62,785 nt of DNA from Patescibacteria group bacterium. GTDB taxonomy: Bacteria; Patescibacteriota; Patescibacteriia; Patescibacteriales; UBA12465. The stretch is from assembly GCA_034002925.1 (NCBI GenBank), contig JAVEZP010000005.1, positions 1 through 62,785 of the forward strand, given 5' to 3'. The translations under genes and the position numbers were made by a program. Position 1 is the stretch's first letter. Each line of letters opens with the position of its first letter. The notes under the pieces are model-generated. The model searched no databases, had not been told where the DNA came from, and saw nothing but the letters and a program-made list of their open reading frames with translations. This document shows, piece by piece, positions 38,015 through 48,612 of this stretch.

Positions 38015-39181
38015 TTATTTATTATTTTCTCTATTTATCTTCTTTAATTCTAAAATTAGATTTTGATAAAATTCTAAATTATTTAAAGTAGCTAATTTTT
38101 GGCCAAAAGGTTCTTTTAAACGAAACAAATGGTGGAGATAGGCCTTAGTATAATTTCTTAATTCTGGAAAACGACTATTGGGATTAATGGCTGAAAAATC
38201 TTTCTTAAAAATAGCTTGACTAATATTGATACTATGATAAAAATCCGGAAATTTATCAACTGGTCCCATTTTTTTAGGAATTTTTTTAAAACCTTTAAAT
38301 TTAGCTTTAAAATAAAAAAGTTTAGCATGTCTTCCCTCTCTAGTAGGGATAACGCAATCAAACATATCCCAACCCATTAAATAACAACGATAAATATCTT
38401 CCGGTAGTCCAATACCTAAGGCAAAACGCAGAGAATTATCAGGTAAATATGAGGCTGTCTTATATAAAGTATCAGCTAAAAAATTACCCTGTTCATCAAT
38501 CGGACGAGCGCCAAAACCATACGCATCAAAACCAATTTTAATTAACTCTTGAGCACAATGATAGCGCAAATCTTCATAATCACCACCTTGAACAACAGCC
38601 ATTAATATTGGTTTTTTGGTGGCTGTTAATTTGCGTTTCTTCAGCTGACGTAGATATTCTGCCTTACAACGACGTGCCCAAGTAATACTTCTCTCCACGG
38701 CTTTTTCTAATTTTGGTCGAGGCCAATCATTAGGTGGGCAATCATCTAAACACACCATTAAATCAACTCCTAAATCAAATTGAATTTGAATAGATTTTTC
38801 TGGACTTAGTTCATGCCAAGAACCATCAAGTGGCGATTTAAAAGTCACTTGATTGTCATCAACTTTACCCATACCCTGACGACGATGAACTAAAGAAAAA
38901 ACTTGAAAACCACCAGAATCTGATAATAAAGGGGCTGACCAATTCATAAATTTATGCACACCCCCCGCTTTCTTTAATATCTCTAAACCAGGCTGTAGAT
39001 ATAAATGAAAAGTATTGACCACCAGTGCTTCAGTGCGACTATGTTCTAAATCAGAAGCGCTAAGACCTTTAATAAAAGCTCTGGTGGCATCAGGCATAAA
39101 AATAGGGCTAAGCAAACGACCATGAGCAGTATCTACCTGTAAAGAACGTAAATAAGAAGGGCTTTTTTTCTTTTTGATCAT
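38015..39181 (-). CDS. tgt: tRNA-guanine transglycosylase
   Basis: NTFHL, DSGGFQVFSL, VQGG, DMFDCVIPTR. Confidence 0.92.
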   Translation of the reverse strand: MIKKKKSPSYLRSLQVDTAHGRLLSPIFMPDATRAFIKGLSASDLEHSRTEALVVNTFHLYLQPGLEILKKAGGVHKFMNWSAPLLSDSGGFQVFSLVHRRQGMGKVDDNQVTFKSPLDGSWHELSPEKSIQIQFDLGVDLMVCLDDCPPNDWPRPKLEKAVERSITWARRCKAEYLRQLKKRKLTATKKPILMAVVQGGDYEDLRYHCAQELIKIGFDAYGFGARPIDEQGNFLADTLYKTASYLPDNSLRFALGIGLPEDIYRCYLMGWDMFDCVIPTREGRHAKLFYFKAKFKGFKKIPKKMGPVDKFPDFYHSINISQAIFKKDFSAINPNSRFPELRNYTKAYLHHLFRLKEPFGQKLATLNNLEFYQNLILELKKINRENNK

Positions 39182-39182
39182 A

Positions 39183-41186
39183 TTATTCTACTCTACCATT
39201 ATTAGACAATCCAGCAATCTCATCATCTTCTAATTTAGTAGTCTTAGCGCTAGTTTTATGAGAAATTTCTGCTCTTGTCACCGCATCAATAGCTTTAACA
39301 GTGCTACCAGCAGAAATAACTAAAATTTTATCTCGATCACTTTCATTAGGTTTTAAATTAAGACTAAATTCTGCATCAGCTCGATATACAGAAAGAGGTA
39401 AATAACCTAAACGCCAAGTTACTAAACGACTAGCATCATCATAACTAATACGACCAACATTAGTATTTACCTCCCCTGACCAATTAATACCAGCTGGTAA
39501 AACCATATTTACTTCTAAGTCCTCCAAATCATGTAAATTATTTTTAATTGTCCAAAAAACCCTAACACTAGTTGTTTCTCCAACTTGAGGAGGCAGCGGA
39601 CCGGAACCGACTGGAATATTATCTTCATTAAAATATAAAATCTTTTCTGTTAAAGATAAATCACTATTAATTAAACTACGAATTGTATTACTCTTTCTAT
39701 CTTCATTAATCTCTTCCGCTTGCTCAGTATCGGCAGCTAAATTATATTGAGAATAAGCAATGATTTCATTATCGCTACCAATATTAGCCACAGAAAAATC
39801 TTTCACTTTTAGGGTAAAAGTAATTTCTCCTGATTCTCCAGGCGCTAATTCAGCTAAAGCTGGAACTTGTTCCTTGCTCCAAACAATAGAATTACCAGCC
39901 GCAGTCGCATTCAAAGATTCGGCCAATGTATTCCAATCAACCGCCCCCTTAACCACCGCCATTAAGACTACATCATACAAAATTGCCTCTCCATTATTTG
40001 TATAAAGAAGACGGTAATTTAAATTAGAACCAAAATTAACTGCTTGATCAGTTTTTTCGTTATTTAAAAACAACTCTAAATTAAAATCACTCTTTACCAC
40101 TTCTAACGCTAAATTTTTTTCCCATAAAGTTAGCTCTTTAGCATCGGCTTCTTTTTTAAATAAACGTAAGTATATTTCTTCAGTCTCCGCTACTTTATCT
40201 TTAAAAGTGAAATTAATAGAAGCAATAAAACGATCATTGCTGACATTAGGTAAAGCACTAATTAACCAACGACCATCGCCAATATTTTCAACTATTAAAC
40301 CACTCTCTTCAGTGGACGACTTAATCTCTAATTGATTTTTTAATTGTAAATTATCTGACCCCTTAATTTCTAAAATAAAATTATCAATATAATTATTATT
40401 AAATCCAGTTAAATTTAAATTTATTTCATTATTATTAGCAACTAAAGCGGTATTAACATAATCTAAATTCAATAAAAACCCTACACCAGAAACAAGGGTA
40501 TTGGCAGTTGCTTCTTTTTTAAATTCACTAGAAAAATTAGAAGGAATATAATTTAAACGTGCCGTTATAACATTAGCGGCATCGACTGGGGCTAAAAGAT
40601 GACCCTTTATTTCAATTCTCCCTATTTCTTCTGGGTAGATTGTGCCTAAACTCCAATTCTTAGATCCTTCACTAACAGGATTCGTTTCTGTGATTACAAA
40701 ATTATTAGGTAAAATAAGCTCCACTTCACTTTGATTTAAAGTTAAGCCGCTCTTATTCTCGTAAATAATATAATAGGAAAAATTTTCACCTGCACTGATT
40801 TTTTCCGGAGCCTCAATTCTAAACACTAAAGCATCGGAGCCAGCTGGTCTTTGAAAGTAGAAATAATACGCACCATAAAGTGCACAAGCAATAATTGTTA
40901 AAACAAAGATTTGCTTGAAAAAAACAATCAAGGCTAACCTTTTCTTTTTTTTAACTCGACTAACATCAACTGGCTCTCCTTTATTATCACTATAGATCGC
41001 AGACAAATCTTGTTCAGCCTCTTCCGATAAGACTTCTTTTTTAATTAAATCTTCAAAACGAGACACCTCCTCTGATTCTGGCAAGGGGCGCTCTAAAAAA
41101 GCATTCTTTAAGCTAGAATGGCTCTTTTTTTGTGCTTTTATAGTTTTGAAAGCAGATTTATTATTTTTCTTTTCTGATAATGACAT
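39183..41186 (-). CDS. membrane-anchored multi-DUF11/Ig-like protein
   Basis: One TM helix, repeated Y.I.Y.N modules, GSGPLPPQVGETT. Confidence 0.65.
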   Translation of the reverse strand: MSLSEKKNNKSAFKTIKAQKKSHSSLKNAFLERPLPESEEVSRFEDLIKKEVLSEEAEQDLSAIYSDNKGEPVDVSRVKKKKRLALIVFFKQIFVLTIIACALYGAYYFYFQRPAGSDALVFRIEAPEKISAGENFSYYIIYENKSGLTLNQSEVELILPNNFVITETNPVSEGSKNWSLGTIYPEEIGRIEIKGHLLAPVDAANVITARLNYIPSNFSSEFKKEATANTLVSGVGFLLNLDYVNTALVANNNEINLNLTGFNNNYIDNFILEIKGSDNLQLKNQLEIKSSTEESGLIVENIGDGRWLISALPNVSNDRFIASINFTFKDKVAETEEIYLRLFKKEADAKELTLWEKNLALEVVKSDFNLELFLNNEKTDQAVNFGSNLNYRLLYTNNGEAILYDVVLMAVVKGAVDWNTLAESLNATAAGNSIVWSKEQVPALAELAPGESGEITFTLKVKDFSVANIGSDNEIIAYSQYNLAADTEQAEEINEDRKSNTIRSLINSDLSLTEKILYFNEDNIPVGSGPLPPQVGETTSVRVFWTIKNNLHDLEDLEVNMVLPAGINWSGEVNTNVGRISYDDASRLVTWRLGYLPLSVYRADAEFSLNLKPNESDRDKILVISAGSTVKAIDAVTRAEISHKTSAKTTKLEDDEIAGLSNNGRVE

Positions 41187-41232
41187 GTCTTTAAAAAATT
41201 AATCACAGCTAAAAAAGTTGATGATTAAAAAA

Positions 41233-43791
41233 CTAATTTTCTAATAAAATAGCACGAAAAATATCTTTTTCTAAATTAAATTCCTGTTTTCTTTCTAAAC
41301 CTTGAGGATATGATTTTAACATTCGCCAAGTACTTGGCCAAAGGATATTCCATTGTACATTAATTGCTTTTGCGCCTGGTTGTTTTTGCATTAATAGTGA
41401 AAAAGGATAATGCTTAGCTCTGTCTCCAGCTAATGAATCAGCTAATTTGCCGTACCAAGTTTCAAGTTCTAAGTCTTTAGCTTCTAAACGAAAAGGCAAA
41501 CGATAACGTAAGCGCACTATTTGTAATTCACCTGGATCAGTCATCACCCAATTAGCAAAAACTGTCTTATTATTTTCCTGATATATTTTAGTTTTAGTTA
41601 AAGGATCACTCAGTGCTAAAGCTTCAGTCTCTGCAACTAATGGATAATCATCCCAATCAGTCTCTGGCTTTTCAAAATACTCTTGATCAGGTATTTCAAA
41701 GCCTTGAGCGGATAACAGGGTGCTTCCTAAAGGCACATACACTCGCAACCAATCAACGTTGCGCACACCACTCAAGATTTCATTTTTTTGACCTTGATGT
41801 TGGCGATAAATAGTTAAAGTATTAATAACACTTAAATCATCTTGAATTTCACTTAATAACTCAACGTGCTCATTAATGCGTCTATCTGTTTTCTGACCAG
41901 CAATATTAGTATGACTAATTAATAAATAATCATGTGGCGATGGCTTGATAGCAGCGTCTAAATTATAATTTTTTAACTTTGTCTGCAATGATTCATCTCG
42001 AAAGTATAAGAGAATATTTTTAGATGATAAATTTTTCTCAACAGCAGTTAAAAGAGCTGGTAGATTTTCTTTAGTTAAAACTTGGGGCAGACGATCCATA
42101 ATTTCCAACATCAAATCACCAATAATTTTTTTAGGCTCATTTACTGGACTGTCGGCTACATCAGCCACTAACTCAGGATGAGTTTTTTCAAGGTTAGGTT
42201 TTTCGACAATAGTTTGAATAATTTCCCAAAAATTATCCGCATTAACAGTCACTGCGTATTCATTCTCTAAACTAATTTCGCCACTAATTTTTAATAAATC
42301 AGCTAAAACATCCGGAGTAAAGCTAATTACACCATCAACAGTTGGTCCATCACTTTTTTCATAAAACCACATTAAAGAACGGGCACTACTAGGCCAATCA
42401 GGCCACCAATTTGCATCCCAAAAAAACCAACGCGGATTAACTAGCCATAAAGGCTCCGGTGATTTAATAAAAGAGCGCATGCCTGCTTCCGTGTCATAAG
42501 AACCGCCCGTTGGCACTTCTAAGGCCTTAATTTTACCATCACGAATATCAACCAAAGCATAACTACCAAAGAAGCCCCCCGCCCCTCTCATCTCAGCATT
42601 ATTTTGAAAAACTAATAAATAACGCTTGTCTTGACTAACACCTAAAAATTCTTTAATTGCTTGGGCGGAAGCTAATAATTGTGACAAAGCCTCTTCAAAC
42701 ATTGCGGCTTGTTGTTGCAAATTAACAAAATCTTCTCTATATTCACGAGGCAAAGCCTCTACTTTAATATCATCTAAATTAGAGCGCATTTCTTGAACAT
42801 GAATTAAAGCTGGGGTGCCGTGCTCCACAAAATTATCAATTAAATAGCCCCAGCTCTTCTCCTGATTATCATCAGAAAAAACAGCTGCTGCCTGACTTAA
42901 ATTTTTACCAACTTCAGTAGCACTTAAAGCGGCCGCTAGAAACTTTTTGCTCTGAGACGCCATTTTAATTTCTGGATCAGAAGCTAAACTAGCAACAGAT
43001 AGCAGCCAATTATCTACATACTGTAATCGATCTTGAGCAACAATCAGATTATTAGCCGCCTCATCAAAATTAAGCAATGCTTCATCCCAATTCAAACTAG
43101 AGGCTCCATCAGCAGCCGCAGCTAAATTTTCCAAAGCAGCTACAGAATTACCCAAAACATCACCTTTCATTTGCGGCAGATCTATTAAATTAAAATAAGC
43201 TAATATTTTAAAAGGTAAAATAATAAAAATTAAAACTAGGGCAAAGCTAAAAATTGAACGATAGAATTTCAACAAATAAAGATTCTTTTCCGTTCTTTCT
43301 TTCTGTTTTCTTTTTTGTTTGCCCAACAAATACGTCTGAAAATTTTTCCATGAATAATGATGTGAAGCTTGAAAATAGTAACGAAATTCTTTTAAATTAA
43401 ATAACTCTTTTTTATATTTTAATCTTTTACGCCAATGATGATAAAAAATTGGTAAAATAATAGGCCAAGGTGAACGCCAACTTCGTATTGATGGCTTTTT
43501 TTGTGTTTTTAAAGATAATAAACGCTTTAAATATATAAAAAAAGAATCTTTATTTTTATCTTGCTTCTTATGCTTTAACAAAGAAACGGGAACAGAAAAA
43601 GAAGATTTTAAAGAAGTTTTAACGAGATTACTCTGCTTCTTTTTTAATAATGTTTGTTTAGTTAAGTGCAATTCAGGTTTATTTTTTTGATCATTATTAA
43701 CAGTTGATCTTAAATCAACCACAAAAGAATCCGTCAAAGGGCGAATCGACTGATTATCACTATAATTCTTTGAAGAAAAAATATTTTTCAT
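41233..43791 (-). CDS. DUF4012 domain membrane protein
   Basis: YLLVFQNNAEMRGAGGF.GSY, DANWWPDWP, DGVI, WLRVYVP.G. Confidence 0.8.
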   Translation of the reverse strand: MKNIFSSKNYSDNQSIRPLTDSFVVDLRSTVNNDQKNKPELHLTKQTLLKKKQSNLVKTSLKSSFSVPVSLLKHKKQDKNKDSFFIYLKRLLSLKTQKKPSIRSWRSPWPIILPIFYHHWRKRLKYKKELFNLKEFRYYFQASHHYSWKNFQTYLLGKQKRKQKERTEKNLYLLKFYRSIFSFALVLIFIILPFKILAYFNLIDLPQMKGDVLGNSVAALENLAAAADGASSLNWDEALLNFDEAANNLIVAQDRLQYVDNWLLSVASLASDPEIKMASQSKKFLAAALSATEVGKNLSQAAAVFSDDNQEKSWGYLIDNFVEHGTPALIHVQEMRSNLDDIKVEALPREYREDFVNLQQQAAMFEEALSQLLASAQAIKEFLGVSQDKRYLLVFQNNAEMRGAGGFFGSYALVDIRDGKIKALEVPTGGSYDTEAGMRSFIKSPEPLWLVNPRWFFWDANWWPDWPSSARSLMWFYEKSDGPTVDGVISFTPDVLADLLKISGEISLENEYAVTVNADNFWEIIQTIVEKPNLEKTHPELVADVADSPVNEPKKIIGDLMLEIMDRLPQVLTKENLPALLTAVEKNLSSKNILLYFRDESLQTKLKNYNLDAAIKPSPHDYLLISHTNIAGQKTDRRINEHVELLSEIQDDLSVINTLTIYRQHQGQKNEILSGVRNVDWLRVYVPLGSTLLSAQGFEIPDQEYFEKPETDWDDYPLVAETEALALSDPLTKTKIYQENNKTVFANWVMTDPGELQIVRLRYRLPFRLEAKDLELETWYGKLADSLAGDRAKHYPFSLLMQKQPGAKAINVQWNILWPSTWRMLKSYPQGLERKQEFNLEKDIFRAILLEN

Positions 43792-43795
43792 AACA

Positions 43796-44983
43796 TCAAT
43801 TTTCTAACACGGAATGATAAATATCCCAAGTTTGTTGAGCGCAATCTCTCCAGCTATATATCTTTATCTGCTCTTTTCCCTTTTGCATTAAATCTTTTCT
43901 AAGAGCTTCATCCTGAATCATTTGTCTCACCTTTTGTTCCATTTCTGTGGTTTGATAGGGGTTAAAATAGAAGGCGGCTTCATTCATAATTTCAGGCAAG
44001 CTCGCCTGATCAGAAGATAAGACTGGGCAATCATGAGACATTGCTTCTAAGGGAGGCAAACCAAAGCCCTCGTATAGAGAGGGGAAAATATAAAATAAAG
44101 CTTGACGATAAAAAACTGCTAACTCTTCATCAGGCACATAACCAGGGAAAATAAAAAGTTCAGCCAGTGATTTATTCTCATGATTAATAGACTGGGCTTG
44201 TTTTTGTAAACGATTATAAAAATAATCCTCTTTACCAATCATCACTAAAGATAGATCAGGATAATCTAAACGTAATTTCTTAAATAATGGTAATAACGAT
44301 TCTAAATTTTTATGAGGATATGCATTGCCAACATACAGCACAAAAGGCTTTTTCACATGATAAGCATTTAAAACCTCAATATCGGATAAGATTAAATTAT
44401 TTTTTGCTAAATGTGACACCCCTTCATAACTAAGCACTATTTTATCAGCTGCAATCTTAAACTGATTAACAATATCTTGTTTAGTAAATTCGGAAACACT
44501 GATTATTTTTTTAGCTTTATGCAAGGCTCTTTTAATCACTATTCGATATGCTAGCTGTTTTAGCCAATAAATAGCCGCTGGCAACATAGAAGCTCGTCTA
44601 CTAGGGAAACGCGTTAAAATTAAATCATGAATCGTCACCACAAACGGAACTGGGCAAAACACAGGTACATTAAAATGCGGAAAGTGCATGAGATCTAATT
44701 TTTCTTTTTTAATAATACCCGGAAAAAATAATTGTTCTTGCCAAGAATACCAGCGCAAAGATATTAATTTTTTCTTCACTCTAGGAGAATTAGTTTTAAA
44801 TTGATCAAAATTATCTGGACTTAAAAATATAAGATACTCATCAACATTATTTTGTTGTTCATTTATTTGAATTAAATTATCAACTACTTCCTGCACATAA
44901 CGACCTAGACCCTTGCCTAAGGGACCATAGAAACGAGCGTCAATGCCAATACGATGAGATTTGTGTTCTAAGATATTATTCAT
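43796..44983 (-). CDS. GT4 glycosyltransferase
   Basis: VTIHDL, PHKN, PSLYEGFGLPPLEAM. Confidence 0.93.
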   Translation of the reverse strand: MNNILEHKSHRIGIDARFYGPLGKGLGRYVQEVVDNLIQINEQQNNVDEYLIFLSPDNFDQFKTNSPRVKKKLISLRWYSWQEQLFFPGIIKKEKLDLMHFPHFNVPVFCPVPFVVTIHDLILTRFPSRRASMLPAAIYWLKQLAYRIVIKRALHKAKKIISVSEFTKQDIVNQFKIAADKIVLSYEGVSHLAKNNLILSDIEVLNAYHVKKPFVLYVGNAYPHKNLESLLPLFKKLRLDYPDLSLVMIGKEDYFYNRLQKQAQSINHENKSLAELFIFPGYVPDEELAVFYRQALFYIFPSLYEGFGLPPLEAMSHDCPVLSSDQASLPEIMNEAAFYFNPYQTTEMEQKVRQMIQDEALRKDLMQKGKEQIKIYSWRDCAQQTWDIYHSVLEN

Positions 44984-46438
44984 TTAAACAAAAGGTAAAT
45001 TATCAGGAATAGAATTATCATCTTCCTGCCTAACACTGGCTGATTGTTCGTGATGATTAGCAACTTGTCGATCTTTATCTTGACTACCGGAAGATAATAT
45101 TTCTTGATTAAAAAATTCTGGAGCCGACCCAGCTAAGTCACTAACTAATGGCAAGGCTGATGGAGCGTCCGCTTTACGACCCGGTGCTTTTTGCACCATA
45201 GGTGCTTTCACGTTTGCTTCAATTGGAAAATGCCAGAGTGTGGCTAATTCTTCAATGCTAAACAATCCCGGATTCCTACCTGCTGTATCATCACGAGCAA
45301 TATAATTAGATATAATGGCATTCTTTTTTCTAATCAAGCGTTTACTTTTATTAAAATAAGCAGTTTTAGTCATTGTTACTTTCACATCAGGTTTAAGATT
45401 ATTTAAATCTAAAGCAATAAATTGTTTCATGTAACCGACTAAACCATTCACTGCCTTACTTCTAAACATTAAATCTTTCCGAGCAACATACACCGCTCTA
45501 ATTTTAGCTTCAAAGGCTAACTTTGAAGATTTATCTTGAATGGCCTCAATTTGTTTTTTTTGCTTAGGCGTCAACTCCATCATAGATAAGCCCTTATCAT
45601 CACTTTTAGCTTCAATATCTCCCCAAATACTATAAATCATTTCACTAGCCTCGCCTAACCATTCTACAAATTTTGATATATAACCGCTAGTTTTTTGTTT
45701 TTTACCCAGAATTTTATCCACCATTTTATCGCTTTCCGCTACCCAGTCAAAACCAGTAGGGATGACGATGATTTGCAACCAGAGATTTTCTCCTTCACGC
45801 AAAGAACTACACAAGTCCATTAAAGAGGCCATTGGATCTTTAAATTGAGTTTCGCTTGGTCCAAATTGATGTTCAAATTCTTTATAGGTTTTGATTGGAT
45901 AAGCCCAATGTTGAGCTTGCATAAACTCTGAACCCCAAATATCATATTCTTCATCCGGAAAACGCTTGGGCACTGTTTCCACATAATCTTCTACTTCAGA
46001 AATTTCAGCATCAGGATACTGAGAATATACTGAGGTTTCAATTAAATCCCGGAATTCAATTGGCGTTCTAATTAAAAACTGTGTATAGCCTTCTAAACTC
46101 ACTATTTCATAACTAAAAGAAACTTGAAACTTACCCTCAAACCATTTTTCAAAAAAATTAACTGAGCCATGCGCACCAGCTAAATAGGTAAACATATTTT
46201 CAACCGCTTTCGGTGATTGCTCATTACCTTTAGGAATATCAATGGCTAATAAAATATATTTTAAGTTATTAGCTGCCCAATAACTCCTTATTTGTTGTAA
46301 ATAAACAAGAGAAAGACCATACAACAACATGACCGCAATTAATATCCAGCCAATATTGATAAAAAAGACCCACAACATTTGATCAGCCGAAAGACTAATA
46401 AATTCCTCTAAACGAGTGGTATCAATAATGATTTCCAT
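44984..46438 (-). CDS. membrane protein homologous to the N-terminal domain of the 8341-10881 ATPase
   Basis: FSYEIV, YSQYPDAEISEVEDY, YPIKTY, DPM, EELATLWHFP. Confidence 0.7.
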   Translation of the reverse strand: MEIIIDTTRLEEFISLSADQMLWVFFINIGWILIAVMLLYGLSLVYLQQIRSYWAANNLKYILLAIDIPKGNEQSPKAVENMFTYLAGAHGSVNFFEKWFEGKFQVSFSYEIVSLEGYTQFLIRTPIEFRDLIETSVYSQYPDAEISEVEDYVETVPKRFPDEEYDIWGSEFMQAQHWAYPIKTYKEFEHQFGPSETQFKDPMASLMDLCSSLREGENLWLQIIVIPTGFDWVAESDKMVDKILGKKQKTSGYISKFVEWLGEASEMIYSIWGDIEAKSDDKGLSMMELTPKQKKQIEAIQDKSSKLAFEAKIRAVYVARKDLMFRSKAVNGLVGYMKQFIALDLNNLKPDVKVTMTKTAYFNKSKRLIRKKNAIISNYIARDDTAGRNPGLFSIEELATLWHFPIEANVKAPMVQKAPGRKADAPSALPLVSDLAGSAPEFFNQEILSSGSQDKDRQVANHHEQSASVRQEDDNSIPDNLPFV

Positions 46439-46511
46439 AATAAAAATATAAATTACGACACAAAATGTCGCAGGGAGTATTCTGTTATTATTTTAGCATA
46501 AAAATAAAAAT

Positions 46512-46539
46512 AAAAAAACCGCTATCAAGTAGCAGTTTT
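46512..46539 (-). terminator. terminator
   Basis: AACTGCTA..TAGCGGTT with a T-run on the minus strand. Confidence 0.65.
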
Positions 46540-46558
46540 CTTATTTTATAAACTAATT

Positions 46559-47602
46559 TTAAGCCTTTTGCCAATCCCTTAAACCATACATACCTCTTCC
46601 CGTTAAAACATATCTTTCATCTAAAATTAACTCATTATGAACAGTAGCTGGATTAGCCTTTTTTTGATCAAAAGCAACTTCATTAATTTTAGTCGCGATT
46701 TCTGTAAAATGTAAAGGTTGGCCAGAATTCTTTAACACTAAATAAATTTTATCATTAATAGTCTTTGGCTTTACTTCCTGCCAATCTGTTTTTCCCCAAT
46801 GACCAAATTTATTACGTTCAATATTCTTGACAGCTTGAAGAAAGGAGTACAAAGGCTTATATTTATTAATCAATTCAGCTGGATCTGGAAAAGTTTTGCT
46901 TTTAAAGATAGCACTAATATCCAAGTTCTTTCCCTTAGCTAAGCGTTCGCTGTGCCGTGAATATGATTCTAATTGTTGAATTAATTCTAGCAATTCATCA
47001 GTGCCTAAAGTTTTATTAAGAGACTCCACTTTAGCCAACAATTCTTGTGATAATTCGTGAAAATGATCTAAAGATTCATCTTTTAAAGAAATAGCTTTAT
47101 TAAAATGTTCTGATTCAGGCAAAACAGAAAAATCATCAGTTAGTAATTTAGAGAGCAAAAAATCAAAACGATTACGATAAACACGGCTATTTTTTTCATA
47201 ATCAGGATGAGTATTATCCATTTCATTACCCGCCTCTAAACTCATAACTGTTAAAATGTCTAACAAAAAATCTCGACGCAACAGACCACCATGTTCTTGT
47301 AATAAAGAATTAATTACACCTCTTAAAACTTGTAAATATTCATCAAGGTTATCTAAACGTTTAATCTTTTTAATGCTGGCATTTTCGATTTGGCGAACTC
47401 TTTCTCTGGTCAATTTATGCATTTGACCAATCTTCTCTAAAGTTTCATTCTTGTCTCCATTTAAACCAAAGCGACGAGTTAAAATATCGCGCTCACGTTC
47501 CATTAAATCAGAAAATAAACTATTAACTAATTGAATAGCATTTAATTTAGCAAGCTCCTCGGCGCGCTTTTCTTGTACAATTTTTTCTAAAATATTGTCC
47601 AT
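46559..47602 (-). CDS. sigma70 region-4 HTH fused to a C-terminal winged-HTH (HARE-HTH/delta-like)
   Basis: RRFGL...ETLEKIG....TRERVRQIE; PLHFTEI..., TVHNELI...YVL.GRG.YGL..W. Confidence 0.8.
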   Translation of the reverse strand: MDNILEKIVQEKRAEELAKLNAIQLVNSLFSDLMERERDILTRRFGLNGDKNETLEKIGQMHKLTRERVRQIENASIKKIKRLDNLDEYLQVLRGVINSLLQEHGGLLRRDFLLDILTVMSLEAGNEMDNTHPDYEKNSRVYRNRFDFLLSKLLTDDFSVLPESEHFNKAISLKDESLDHFHELSQELLAKVESLNKTLGTDELLELIQQLESYSRHSERLAKGKNLDISAIFKSKTFPDPAELINKYKPLYSFLQAVKNIERNKFGHWGKTDWQEVKPKTINDKIYLVLKNSGQPLHFTEIATKINEVAFDQKKANPATVHNELILDERYVLTGRGMYGLRDWQKA

Positions 47603-47666
47603 ATAAAAAAATAGCGGTGGCTATATTATATTTAACATTATTTGCACTTTATCATAATATTTTATA

Positions 47667-48605
47667 TTAGTCAAGTATATGTCTCTTAAAATTATATTTA
47701 AATAAAAATTTAGCTAAAAATAAAGAAAAAACAAAGAAAAATAGTTCTTGCAAACGAATCAAAAAACGAGATAAAAAGTCCTCTTGATGATAATATTTTT
47801 TAAATAAAATTTGCTGACCCTGAAATGACCAAATCCGAGACTGGCGACTACGACCCCTCCAAGCTTGATAAGTCGATAGCCAGTTTCCCTTTCCGGTCAA
47901 ACTACGATCATGATAAGCAAGGACCTCAGCTAAAAACAAACTTTTCAAGCCAAACTGATTTAAGCGATAAACTAAATCACAATCTTCTTTATACATAAAA
48001 AAGCGCTCATCAAAATACTGTTCCGATTTTTTAATTAACTTAAGCGCAGACAAACGAAATAAAGCAGCGGCTCCCGATGGTCCGGTAATAGCAGCCTTAT
48101 CATATTGACCGTGATCAATTTGGCCCTGCCCTAAATCGCTAAAACGTAAACCTGATTTTAGTATAATGCCACAAGAATCAATAATTTTTGTTTTCAATTT
48201 ATGCTCAAAATCCCATTGATAAATCTTTGGCGCAAAAGCTGCATATTGCGGATTAAGATCAGCGCCTTTAATTAACTTGATGAGAAAATCAGACTCTAAA
48301 ATCATGTCAGGATTAAGCATTAAAAAATATTCAACTTGATTTTTCTCCGCTATTTGCAATAGGCGATTATAAGCGGCGGCAAAACCAAGATTGCGCTCAA
48401 ATGATATCAGTTGCCAATTGATTGTTTTTGTTTGAAAATAGTTAGTAATAATCTGCTTATTATCATTTTTTTCACTATTATCACCAATAATGACTTGATA
48501 ATCAAAATTAAGATTCTGTAAATTCTGTTCTAAACTAGGCAAAAAATACTCCAAATAAGGAGCAGAAAATTCATTATAACAAAGAAAAGAAATAATTAAT
48601 TTCAT
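47667..48605 (-). CDS. GT2 glycosyltransferase
   Basis: NLGFAAAYN, LNPD, SGAAAL, FDERFFMYKED.DL. Confidence 0.9.
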   Translation of the reverse strand: MKLIISFLCYNEFSAPYLEYFLPSLEQNLQNLNFDYQVIIGDNSEKNDNKQIITNYFQTKTINWQLISFERNLGFAAAYNRLLQIAEKNQVEYFLMLNPDMILESDFLIKLIKGADLNPQYAAFAPKIYQWDFEHKLKTKIIDSCGIILKSGLRFSDLGQGQIDHGQYDKAAITGPSGAAALFRLSALKLIKKSEQYFDERFFMYKEDCDLVYRLNQFGLKSLFLAEVLAYHDRSLTGKGNWLSTYQAWRGRSRQSRIWSFQGQQILFKKYYHQEDFLSRFLIRLQELFFFVFSLFLAKFLFKYNFKRHILD

Positions 48606-48612
48606 GTAATTA

